From IMG/VR virus record IMGVR_UViG_3300028805_000041, positions 64,001-128,000 of that record: a stretch of 64,000 nucleotides of DNA; one strand, given 5' to 3'. The notes below the pieces were generated by a model, which ran no database searches, was not told where the DNA came from, and saw only the letters and a program-made list of their open reading frames with translations. The first letter of the stretch is position 1. Each line of letters starts with the position of its first letter. A program made the position numbers and the translations under genes. Positions 9,340 through 18,381 of this stretch are shown here, piece after piece. This DNA comes from a virus (Duplodnaviria > Caudoviricetes).

Positions 9340-10491
9340 ATGAGTGATAAAGAATATTTGGAAAATATCATAAAAACGTGTTTGAAGGAATCCGTTGATG
9401 AATACTTAGACACTGATTATGAGGGTTATAAGAAAATCTCGAATGATACCGCTAACGATTTTTGGCGATGGTATTCCAAAAACAGTAACCCACATGAATA
9501 CGGAATTTCACCAGGTAGCGGTGATGCACCGACAAGTAATAATATGATAGTATATCATAGTTGCAAACCAGACGCACTCAGTGGACTTATCAAAAACGGT
9601 TTTTCAAGAGAATTTACTGCGGACAATGGCAATTGTTATGGTAGCGGTGTTTATACAACATTAACACCAACAACTCAAACAGACTATTATGGTGCATCAA
9701 TTGTTAAATGTATTCTTGTTGATGGTCTGAAAGACTTCATTATTTTCCCAAAAGACCTCAGAGATAAATTTCATGGGAGAGGTATATCTTTACAGCAGGA
9801 AATTGAAAATGTAATTGGAAAGGATCCTGAAGCAATGGCTGAAATTAAACGCAGAACATCATATGATAGATATACAGAACACGGTGATAACGCACACCAT
9901 TTTAGCCATAATACAACAGGTCATAGAATACAGGATGAAAATGGGCTTTACACTCGTCAATATGACGAACACCTACTTAATAAGGCAGGTGTAAGGGGGT
10001 TTGTTTACAGAGATGGTCACGGAATCGTTGTTTTAGTCAGGGATTTTAATTCCCTAATACCATATCAGGTTGTGAAAAACCGTAAAACATTTGATTTATC
10101 AACATGGGGAAGAAATTGGGAATACATGATGAACAACGAGGATGATTTCAACAACGTTAATAACAATACGGATGTATATTATAGTTTTTCCGGTAAGTAT
10201 CCCAAAACTCATCCATATGAAACACAACGTTTTGGATATGCAAGGGTTAGAGATAACAATGGTTTTAACTATGCGAACGTAAGAACTAAGGAAGAAGTTT
10301 TACCTGTGGCGGCTAAACAAGCACTACCATTTGGACCCGACAAGAAGGCTACATTTATGATTGACGGCATTGAACATCAGGCAAGGATAATGCCGAATGG
10401 TGATGTGAAACTGTTTTGGAAAGGCTCGGGTTTTCCTCTTTCAAAAGAAATGTTTGCAAGAAAATTAGAAATGGATAAAAATAATAAATAA
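9340..10491 (+). CDS. ADP-ribosyltransferase (PARP-like) fold protein with WG-repeat-like C-term; paralog 2
   Basis: VYHSC...LIKNGFS...CYGSGVYTT matches the YHG..I...GF..YGxGxY NAD-binding motifs; leader LENIIKTCLKE. Confidence 0.65.
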   Translation: MSDKEYLENIIKTCLKESVDEYLDTDYEGYKKISNDTANDFWRWYSKNSNPHEYGISPGSGDAPTSNNMIVYHSCKPDALSGLIKNGFSREFTADNGNCYGSGVYTTLTPTTQTDYYGASIVKCILVDGLKDFIIFPKDLRDKFHGRGISLQQEIENVIGKDPEAMAEIKRRTSYDRYTEHGDNAHHFSHNTTGHRIQDENGLYTRQYDEHLLNKAGVRGFVYRDGHGIVVLVRDFNSLIPYQVVKNRKTFDLSTWGRNWEYMMNNEDDFNNVNNNTDVYYSFSGKYPKTHPYETQRFGYARVRDNNGFNYANVRTKEEVLPVAAKQALPFGPDKKATFMIDGIEHQARIMPNGDVKLFWKGSGFPLSKEMFARKLEMDKNNK

Positions 10492-10509
10492 AATAAACAA
10501 AATAAGAGA

Positions 10510-10998
10510 ATGGCTAAAATAAAATTAACGGAAAGCAATTTGAGAGAAATAATTTCTGAGGCAGTAAAAAGTGTATTGTTTGAGGGTGACCACATAGACA
10601 TACAGGATGGTTACAATGGAATGGACCCAAATGATTATGCCGTTGAGGATGCACTTAGAAAACAGGAGGAAGAAGAAAGAATGTCAAATTATGGTGTAAC
10701 ATTCCTTCGTGGAAGCGCTGAAGAGGTGACTAAAATGATACAACAAGAGGGCGGTTTCTCGCAACCTGAGTATTACACCTCATATTATGGGAAGGGCGTT
10801 GTCATAATGGTAGGACCAAGTGCCAAAAGCATAAACTCTAACGGTTACACAAAGATCGTCATAGATATGGGAAAACTGCTTAAAAGCGGTGTGAAGGTTA
10901 AGAAAATTGACGATGACAAATACAAATACCAAAATAATGGTATGTGGCAGTGTCTTGCTGATTTTGTTCCGGCAGATTGTATTATAGACGTGGAATAA
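10510..10998 (+). CDS. Leader-bearing protein with Tpt1/KptA-like ART-fold C-terminal domain
   Basis: Leader IKLTESNLREIISEAVKSVLFE; KIVIDMGKLLKSG...NNGMWQCLADFVPADCI resembles KptA IDAxxMxxxG..NGVWL...VPPxYI. Confidence 0.5.
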   Translation: MAKIKLTESNLREIISEAVKSVLFEGDHIDIQDGYNGMDPNDYAVEDALRKQEEEERMSNYGVTFLRGSAEEVTKMIQQEGGFSQPEYYTSYYGKGVVIMVGPSAKSINSNGYTKIVIDMGKLLKSGVKVKKIDDDKYKYQNNGMWQCLADFVPADCIIDVE

Positions 10999-11005
10999 AG
11001 ACATT

Positions 11006-11039
11006 AAAAATGGGGACTTAAAAATCCCCATTTTTTTTT
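11006..11039. terminator. Bidirectional intrinsic terminator
   Basis: AAAAATGGGGA-loop-TCCCCATTTTTTT between convergent genes. Confidence 0.85.
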
Positions 11040-12165
11040 ACACTACTATCATCTTCATTGGCTTACCACTGAGAACCTTTGCCATACTATCCATAAGTTC
11101 TGCTTGTTTCTGCATTACATAGTATGGCGTCATCCTTTCGAGACGTTTGTCGATAGATTCCATTACAGCATCATATTCTTTGTCCGCCTGTTGTGATAAC
11201 AAACCATAATCCAATTGCATTTCAGCGTCGTGGATGTTAACCTTGCCACTGAATTTTCCTCTTACAAGTGCAAGAGTTTGTTTTGCCTTCGCTATAAATA
11301 GTTTTCTGACAATAGTTTTTGTCGGTTCATTAAGGAATGTGTAATCTATCTTGTCCAAAGGCACTTGATCCGGTGTCAACATCACATTCGGATTTTGTCT
11401 TCTACATTCGTCAGCATCGTTTGCATCGGCAACGTCATAGTATGTATACCAAACCTGACAACCAACAAGACTAAGACTACCATTAGTTGTCAATGTACTA
11501 CCAAAACTCAATTTAGAACCCGGTGTTGAATACAGGTGAATAATTCTCGTACCATCAGGACCGGCAGTTACCTTGTATGTCAGGTCACCCCTAAGCAATC
11601 TGTTCTTATATGCTAAGTCCGTGGCCATATATGCAATATCCATACTCTGTGCGATGTAGAAACCGCCAATAGGTCCAAAACTACCACCACCGGCTTGTCC
11701 GTATCCACCTGCGAAACCAAGAGTGTCTAAGCCGCCATAGTTGGCATATAATGCAGCCTGAGATGTTGAAGGATTACAGTACATCACATTGTTTATTTCC
11801 CTTCCTGCGGGAACAAGATAACTCTGTTTTCCTTCTTCAATGGTGATGAAGTCCTTCTTTAATTCCCAAGGTCCTCTTTGTTGAAGTCCTGCTTCTCTTG
11901 AGAACCAATAACTGAAATCCCTTGACATATCAAGCGTCCTTACGGAAAGAGCATATGCCATATCTATATTTGAGACGTTTTTACCATACAGGGTAGCCCA
12001 TTGGTTTTCGATAAGCCAATTCTGAACTCTTTCAGCATAATCCTCTATTGACATCGATAACAAGTCACATAACTGTTGGTCTGTAAGTTCAACCTTTACA
12101 AGCGGTGCGCCGAGAGCACTTCTGCACTTTTTAAACAAACCCAATATTTCGTCAGTAATTTTCAT
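11038..12165 (-). CDS. gp13: Neck protein (T4 gp13-like)
   Basis: LGAPLVKVELTDQQL N-terminal motif; C-term A.AKQ.L...RGKFSG; TATTTAT at 12183-12189 (minus). Confidence 0.8.
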   Translation of the reverse strand: MKITDEILGLFKKCRSALGAPLVKVELTDQQLCDLLSMSIEDYAERVQNWLIENQWATLYGKNVSNIDMAYALSVRTLDMSRDFSYWFSREAGLQQRGPWELKKDFITIEEGKQSYLVPAGREINNVMYCNPSTSQAALYANYGGLDTLGFAGGYGQAGGGSFGPIGGFYIAQSMDIAYMATDLAYKNRLLRGDLTYKVTAGPDGTRIIHLYSTPGSKLSFGSTLTTNGSLSLVGCQVWYTYYDVADANDADECRRQNPNVMLTPDQVPLDKIDYTFLNEPTKTIVRKLFIAKAKQTLALVRGKFSGKVNIHDAEMQLDYGLLSQQADKEYDAVMESIDKRLERMTPYYVMQKQAELMDSMAKVLSGKPMKMIVV

Positions 12166-12241
12166 TATTTTAGCGTTTTATAATAAATAGTTTTTCCGTA
12201 TAAAAGATATTTATTGTAAAGTAGTATAATTTTAACTAATT

Positions 12242-12985
12242 ATGTTAATATCAGAAGAAAAACTAAATAATATTATATCAGGAACAATTGAAAGAGTGTT
12301 ATCTGAGGCTCAGGTTAAAATGGACCGTTTTGATGAGGTTGCTAAGATGCTCCAATTCAAAAGTCCAGATGAATTCTACTTCTTGTCGATTATGAAAAGA
12401 AGGAAGGATAATCCACACGATGACAGGAATAAGGGAAATTATAATCAAGGTGCATGGTATATCAAGAATTACAGAATATTCTCACCACAGGACCTTCTGA
12501 ATGTAAAGGATGAGGTGATAAAGTTATGTGAGAAAAACAATGCACGCGCCGTTTTAACAATTAACCCACGTTCAGCAAAACAAACTGATGCATTCATTGC
12601 ACAACAAAAGGCAAGACATCCTCATTGGACACACGTTGAAGACAGAATTCCTGCTCAGGCAAAGAAAGGTGCAGAATGGAAAGACGCAAGACCGAGAGGA
12701 ATGCTCGATGTTGATGTTAAACAGAAGTGGGTTCATGACCACGTTTTGAATACTCTCAAGACTTTAGGAATAGACATCGAGAGCGTTTCAAAAACCCCAA
12801 GTGGTGGTTTACATATCGTAGTTAAAAATGGCTATGACCCAAAGATGAAATATGCATTAGATGACTTTGCAAAAGTTAATAAAAAATTAGGTACAAGACC
12901 TTATGGAAAACTTGCAGCAATCGGTTTTGACCTTGATGCATTTGACACAGTTTATTCAAATGTGAAGACAGCAGGATATAAATAA
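12242..12985 (+). CDS. Leader-bearing AEP/Prim-Pol-superfamily-like protein
   Basis: Leader LISEEKLNNIISGTIERVLSE; MLDVD (DxD) and KTPSGGLHIV motifs; TATTTAT at 12208-12214. Confidence 0.55.
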   Translation: MLISEEKLNNIISGTIERVLSEAQVKMDRFDEVAKMLQFKSPDEFYFLSIMKRRKDNPHDDRNKGNYNQGAWYIKNYRIFSPQDLLNVKDEVIKLCEKNNARAVLTINPRSAKQTDAFIAQQKARHPHWTHVEDRIPAQAKKGAEWKDARPRGMLDVDVKQKWVHDHVLNTLKTLGIDIESVSKTPSGGLHIVVKNGYDPKMKYALDDFAKVNKKLGTRPYGKLAAIGFDLDAFDTVYSNVKTAGYK

Positions 12986-13025
12986 AAAAAAACAAGGATA
13001 TATAACTTGAACGGGCAATTAATAG

Positions 13026-13054
13026 ATGCAACCAATGATTTGGTTGCATTTTTT
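13026..13054 (+). terminator. Intrinsic terminator
   Basis: ATGCAACCAA-loop-TTGGTTGCAT followed by T-tract. Confidence 0.75.
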
Positions 13055-13140
13055 GTTTTTCTTAATATTTACAAAGAGTTATAAAATACTATATTTTACT
13101 ATGAAAAAGTATTTATAATATAGATTTTAATATTTAAAAT

Positions 13141-15150
13141 ATGCCTAAGAATAAGACTGTTTTTCAGCGTTTGACGGACGTGGTTATTGGTGTTGGTAAT
13201 GGAACAACCAACATGGGACCTGTAATAACGAACTATTCGCTGCCAAAAACAAACAATGAAGTACTTTACACTTTTGATAATGAAGCCGACAGAGACAGGA
13301 AACTTCAACAGTTAAAGCAACAGAAACTATTAGCCTATCAGTGGGTGAAGATGGGCTATGATACATCTATGGAACAACTTGCGGGAAATAACCAAATCAA
13401 GGTTATGTACCGAGACGTTGACCTTATGGACACGTGGCCTGAAATCGGTGCTGCTTTGGACATTGCGGCTGAGGAGGCAACTTGTCTTAATCCAAAAAAG
13501 AAAATGTTGAACATTTACTCCAAATCAGAGAGAATACAATCTGTTTTGGAGGACTTGTTTGTGAATCGTCTTGACATACACATAACACTCCCAATGGTTG
13601 TAAGAGCAACCTGTAAATACGGAAATGAATTTATGTTCTTGAACATTGATCAGAAAAACGGTATTATGGGTTGGAGGGAGATGCCCGTACATGAGATACG
13701 TCGAGTGGAAAACGGTATGCAGAATGCATATTCTGGTTCATATAATTTCGGCGCTATTACCGCATCAAAACTTAAGCCAGATGAAACCAAATTTGTATGG
13801 GAGGGACATAATGAGAATATCCCATACAAGAATTGGCAGGTCGCACACTTTAGATTGATAAAGGATTCGTTATATTTACCTTATGGTGTTTCTTGGCTTA
13901 ACAAGGCAAGAAGACATTGGAGAATGTTGTCAATGATGGAAGACGCAATGTTGCTCTACAGACTTGAGAGGAGCATTGAGAGAAGGATATTCAAGGTAAA
14001 TGTTGGTATGATTGATGATGCCGATGTACCCGCATTCCTTCAGGAGTTTATGAACAATGTCAAGCGTGCACCAATTATTGATCCGCAAACAGGTCAGATA
14101 GACCTTAGGAAAAATTTCCTTGATGTGAGTGCGGATTATGTGATTCCTGTTAGAACCGGACAAGACCCAACTTCCATAGATACGTTGGCAAGTGCTCAGA
14201 ATCCAACATCTATGGATGATATCAATTATATGCAGAACAAGATTTTCTCCGCATTGAGAATACCTAAGACATTCCTTAATTTTTCTGAAGCGCAGGGAAA
14301 GGCACAGAATTTGTCACTTGTTGATATCAGGTTCAACCGTATGATAAACAGTATACAACAAGCCATATTGATGGAATTGACAAAGATTGCAATCATTCAT
14401 CTTTATTTGCTTGGTTTTACGGATGATTTGACCAATTTCTCACTTACCCTAAACAACCCGTCCAATCAGATAGAGGAGATGGAGTTGGACAGCCTTACCA
14501 AGAAGATAAATGCAGCAACCGCAGCCCTTGCAGAACAGGGTGGTGGCATACCTGTAATGTCTTGGCATGAGGTACAGAAGGAGATTATGGGTAAGACTGA
14601 TTCGGAGATTTCAAGTATTCTGAACGAGATACGTCTTGAGGCTGCTCTTGCAATGGAATTACAGATGACAAGTCAGATTATCAAGAAGACGGGACTATTT
14701 AATAAGGTAGACAGAATCTATGGAGAACCCGGTGCCGAATACAATCCACAAGCAATGCAGGGTGAAGAAGGTATGCCCGGCGGCGGAGGCGGCGGTGGTA
14801 TGCCGGCTTTAGGCGGTGGAGATATGGGCTTCGGTGATGAACTTGGAGATATGGGTGAACCGGGCGCCGATGATGAAGGTGATCTTGGCGGAGATGAAGG
14901 AACCGCAGACCTTGGAGACGGTTTACCGCCAATGGAAGGTGTTTCGGAAGACAAGGACTCCAAACTTTTAACTGAGGATGTTTTGAACAGTATGAAGTTC
15001 TTTAACGAGTATATGTTGAATATCACACCGAAGGACAAGGTTGTCAACAATAGAGTCAACGTCATTGATAAGAGTTTTTTAATCAATGAAGAAATGGATT
15101 CGATAATAAAAGACCTTGAAAATAAGACAAAAAAAGAAATTTTAAATTAA
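13141..15150 (+). CDS. gp20: Portal vertex protein (T4 gp20-like)
   Basis: PEIGAALDI, WQVAHFR, LPYG.S.L.KARR.W..L.MMEDAML.YR..R..ERRIF.V.VG; TATTTAT at 13110-13116. Confidence 0.95.
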   Translation: MPKNKTVFQRLTDVVIGVGNGTTNMGPVITNYSLPKTNNEVLYTFDNEADRDRKLQQLKQQKLLAYQWVKMGYDTSMEQLAGNNQIKVMYRDVDLMDTWPEIGAALDIAAEEATCLNPKKKMLNIYSKSERIQSVLEDLFVNRLDIHITLPMVVRATCKYGNEFMFLNIDQKNGIMGWREMPVHEIRRVENGMQNAYSGSYNFGAITASKLKPDETKFVWEGHNENIPYKNWQVAHFRLIKDSLYLPYGVSWLNKARRHWRMLSMMEDAMLLYRLERSIERRIFKVNVGMIDDADVPAFLQEFMNNVKRAPIIDPQTGQIDLRKNFLDVSADYVIPVRTGQDPTSIDTLASAQNPTSMDDINYMQNKIFSALRIPKTFLNFSEAQGKAQNLSLVDIRFNRMINSIQQAILMELTKIAIIHLYLLGFTDDLTNFSLTLNNPSNQIEEMELDSLTKKINAATAALAEQGGGIPVMSWHEVQKEIMGKTDSEISSILNEIRLEAALAMELQMTSQIIKKTGLFNKVDRIYGEPGAEYNPQAMQGEEGMPGGGGGGGMPALGGGDMGFGDELGDMGEPGADDEGDLGGDEGTADLGDGLPPMEGVSEDKDSKLLTEDVLNSMKFFNEYMLNITPKDKVVNNRVNVIDKSFLINEEMDSIIKDLENKTKKEILN

Positions 15151-15153
15151 GCA

Positions 15154-16050
15154 ATGAAAAAAATAGATTTAACAAATATCAATAACCTCGAACTGTTGAA
15201 AGAGAACTTCATAAATGTGATTGATGAACACATATCAAGTGAAAAAAACAGAATGGCTATTTCAAATGCGGATAGTAAAAATGTAGGAGAATTAAAATAT
15301 ATTTTCGAACACGTTTCAGACAAATTATATAACGATGCATCTGGAAAGGGGTTAATAAAGAAATATATAAACACGGTTAAGGAGAATAAGGGACTTAAGA
15401 ATTTCTACACGTTGTTTGAGACAATAAAGAACATCAATGGTGTTAACGATTCGTCTGTCTTTCTTAACGAGGCAATCAAACTTACAAAGAAGATTGGTGT
15501 CAATGAAGAGAAGAAACTTAGGGATGTGGTTAAGGAAGCAATCCTTTCTTCGGATATGTCTGATGATGATTTGAATAGTATTATGGATTCCTATTCCAAA
15601 AACATTGACAAAGAAATATCAACAGTTCTTTTGGAAAAGTGTACCCCTAAGAATATTTTGGAATACAGCAACAGTCTTGACAAGGTAAGGAATATGCTTG
15701 GTGACAGACATGAAGTTGTAAATGAATCAAAAGAGAGTCCAAAGGAAATTGTTGACAAATTGAACGGGCTTGTTGACGAGAGTTTTGAACAGTGGGAGCG
15801 CGATGTTATTAGGGACATTTCACTCTATACAGTGGCAAATAAGGACAAATCTGAATTGTTTGAGGCATATAAGAATGACTGCATCAACCTCATAAAGGAA
15901 ACCATTGAAAACTGTGAAAGTGTTGAGGAGAAAAGTCGTTTTACTACAATGTCAGAAAACCTTTTGAACAAGCAGTATTGTGAGGAGAATTTTGCAGCAG
16001 ATATGTTAAAACTTTCAGAACTTAAGGACACTTTGAGATGTAATCTGTGA
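15154..16050 (+). CDS. Hypothetical helical protein, possible prohead core component
   Basis: Directly follows portal; many L/I-x-E sites. Confidence 0.5.
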   Translation: MKKIDLTNINNLELLKENFINVIDEHISSEKNRMAISNADSKNVGELKYIFEHVSDKLYNDASGKGLIKKYINTVKENKGLKNFYTLFETIKNINGVNDSSVFLNEAIKLTKKIGVNEEKKLRDVVKEAILSSDMSDDDLNSIMDSYSKNIDKEISTVLLEKCTPKNILEYSNSLDKVRNMLGDRHEVVNESKESPKEIVDKLNGLVDESFEQWERDVIRDISLYTVANKDKSELFEAYKNDCINLIKETIENCESVEEKSRFTTMSENLLNKQYCEENFAADMLKLSELKDTLRCNL

Positions 16051-16066
16051 AAATCTTACTTTAATT

Positions 16067-16852
16067 ATGGGTAATGTTGTAGCGAAAAGTTACGGAAGAT
16101 GCGGCAACCAAATGTTTATTTCTGCGGTTGCTGCATCTTATGCGAAAAGAACGGGCAGAACTTTTTGCGGGCTTATTAGGGGATATTATAATGAACCGTA
16201 TATTGACGACACCATACTTAAAAACATCAAGTTTCATAATGACAAGGATTTTGATTTATCCGATTATGAGATAAATGAAATGAAAAACACTATAGGGGAT
16301 GGTATTTGTCCCGAATTTACAAAAGATAATGTTTGTTTCAACGGATATTTCCAAGACATAACATTAATTGACAAGAACGTGGCATATGACCTGTTTTCAC
16401 CCGATGAGAAGATATTAAAGGATATTTATGATATGTATGGTGACCTGTCGGATTATGTATGTGTTAATATAAGACGCGGTGATTACCTGCAATACGATTT
16501 TACGAGGGTTTTTAGCGTCGATGAGGTAAAGCAGATATTGGACAAGTACTTTCACAACGAAAAGAAAGTAATTTTTGTCTCCGATGACATTGAATGGTGC
16601 AAGACCAATTTTTCAGATAACAAAAAGCCTTGTTTTGCGGATAAACAATATTATTGTAAACCATATATTGATTTGTATATACAGACACAGTGCAAAAGCA
16701 ACATCATTTCAAATTCCACGTTTTCTTGGTGGGGTGCATATTTAAACAAGCATCCCGAAAAAGTAGTTTGTCATTGGCCTTGGTTTAAAAATGGTTCCGT
16801 GAATGACTGCAAATACATTTTACCAAAAGATTGGATAAAGGAGTGTTCTTAA
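16067..16852 (+). CDS. Alpha-1,2-fucosyltransferase (GT11)
   Basis: GRCGNQMF, GYFQ, NIRRGDY, VSDDIEWCK, ISNSTFSWWGAYL. Confidence 0.9.
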   Translation: MGNVVAKSYGRCGNQMFISAVAASYAKRTGRTFCGLIRGYYNEPYIDDTILKNIKFHNDKDFDLSDYEINEMKNTIGDGICPEFTKDNVCFNGYFQDITLIDKNVAYDLFSPDEKILKDIYDMYGDLSDYVCVNIRRGDYLQYDFTRVFSVDEVKQILDKYFHNEKKVIFVSDDIEWCKTNFSDNKKPCFADKQYYCKPYIDLYIQTQCKSNIISNSTFSWWGAYLNKHPEKVVCHWPWFKNGSVNDCKYILPKDWIKECS

Positions 16853-16855
16853 TAT

Positions 16856-16886
16856 AATGTGATCAATTAATTTGATCACATTTTTT
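16856..16886 (+). terminator. Intrinsic terminator
   Basis: AATGTGATCAA-loop-TTGATCACATT followed by T-tract. Confidence 0.7.
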
Positions 16887-16934
16887 GTTTTATACAAATA
16901 TTTTTTGTATTTTTATTAAAATACAAAAAAAATT

Positions 16935-17378
16935 GTGAAAACTATAAGATTAAACAGGGAGAAAAAAATTGAAAATGATTTATTAAAAGTAAAAATCGGA
17001 ACAACAAATAAGGAAAATCCAAGAATTGTCTATGTAGACGGGCGTGTCTTTATTAGTCCAACCGTAGAAATGAAGGATTATACGGATGAAATTGAGGATA
17101 TAAGGAAGAGGTTTAAGAAGAATATTGGTAAGCATCTTAAGTACAGCAATCTGTTTGACAATAGATTTATACTTAATTTTGACATATCGTCAAGTAGAAT
17201 GATCAAAGACAAGAGGAGTTTCCTGTCATTCCAATTTTACCTGAAACAAAAGGAAACAACCCCACTTCCGATTAATGTTATTAAAAGCAAGGGTGAGGGT
17301 TTCATAAATAGTCTTATTTCGTCACTGGTTGAAGATGTAGAAGAACATAATTTTACAATGCATAAAACAAGGAAATGA
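16935..17378 (+). CDS. Hypothetical protein
   Basis: 147-aa basic ORF filling the intergenic space. Confidence 0.6.
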   Translation: MKTIRLNREKKIENDLLKVKIGTTNKENPRIVYVDGRVFISPTVEMKDYTDEIEDIRKRFKKNIGKHLKYSNLFDNRFILNFDISSSRMIKDKRSFLSFQFYLKQKETTPLPINVIKSKGEGFINSLISSLVEDVEEHNFTMHKTRK

Positions 17379-17403
17379 AGTATTTATATACAAAAGAGGT
17401 TTT

Positions 17404-17790
17404 ATGCAGTATTTCTACATTAATCACGGTTCGGTAAACAATCCCCTCCGTATTGAATTGATCAATGATGGTAGATATGAATTTATGAAATCTGCGCTTT
17501 ATAACAATGCAATACAAAACGCAGATGTTACATTCTCAATGAGAGATGAGGATGGTGTGTTAAGGGTTTCTAATGCACCATGTAATCTTATATTGGTTGA
17601 TGAAAATAGTTGTGAGGAACGATATATAATTGAATACCAATGGAAACAAAGGGATACCAAGAAACCCGGTAAATATATCGGTACATTCGAGATTACGTTC
17701 AAAGGTGATCTTTATGAGGATGGTGTGACATATCCAAGCGGAAATCTTATTGTACCAATATATGAGGATTTGGGAATAATTATAAAGTAA
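17404..17790 (+). CDS. BppU N-terminal-like baseplate/structural protein
   Basis: ADVTFSM...IEYQW...DT..PG.Y.G.F.I.F...L.VP pattern; TATTTAT at 17381-17387. Confidence 0.6.
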   Translation: MQYFYINHGSVNNPLRIELINDGRYEFMKSALYNNAIQNADVTFSMRDEDGVLRVSNAPCNLILVDENSCEERYIIEYQWKQRDTKKPGKYIGTFEITFKGDLYEDGVTYPSGNLIVPIYEDLGIIIK

Positions 17791-18127
17791 TCTTCCTACA
17801 AGCCATTCCCCTTTCCTTGGCCATATTGTACAATATTTGGTCTGCCTTTATGTCATTGTCAAACAGAACAAGCGCATCACATGTTTCCAACATCTTCTCA
17901 TTACGCTCTTTAAGGGCGTTTTTTCCGTTTCTGCCCCAATCGGTGTAGAATGTCCTGACATCGATACCATAACGCGCAGAAAACTTGTCAACAAACCTGT
18001 CACCTGTGGTGTAGATAGTTATGCCTTGACCACTTTGTGCCTTGTTTTTCAACAGATGTATGCACTTTTCCTTGAAAAAATCATAATTCCCAGTACTTTC
18101 TCCTCCTATAATAGCAACCTTGAACAT
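17780..18127 (-). CDS. SLOG-family (YspA/DUF2493-like) protein
   Basis: KVAIIGG..YDFF, F.TDW...GK.A...RN..M...CDALVLF; host-type promoter TATATTTG at 18152-18159 (minus). Confidence 0.7.
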   Translation of the reverse strand: MFKVAIIGGESTGNYDFFKEKCIHLLKNKAQSGQGITIYTTGDRFVDKFSARYGIDVRTFYTDWGRNGKNALKERNEKMLETCDALVLFDNDIKADQILYNMAKERGMACRKITL

Positions 18128-18381
18128 TAAATGGTATTTTTAATTACATAGCAAATATACAAAAATAATCTTGAGTTTATAGGAGGCCGCCATAAAAGGC
18201 TGGCCTCCCGTTTATGCAATACTTAGGAATGTGACCATACTTTAGTATGATTTGTCCTGTTTATATATAATTATCCGCTCATTTTAGTTAAAAACCCCGA
18301 TTGAAACTTTTCTGTAAATAAAGTCAGAATGCTCGTCTTAAAGTGATGGGATTAGATATTTATAGTATATAATGTGCAATT

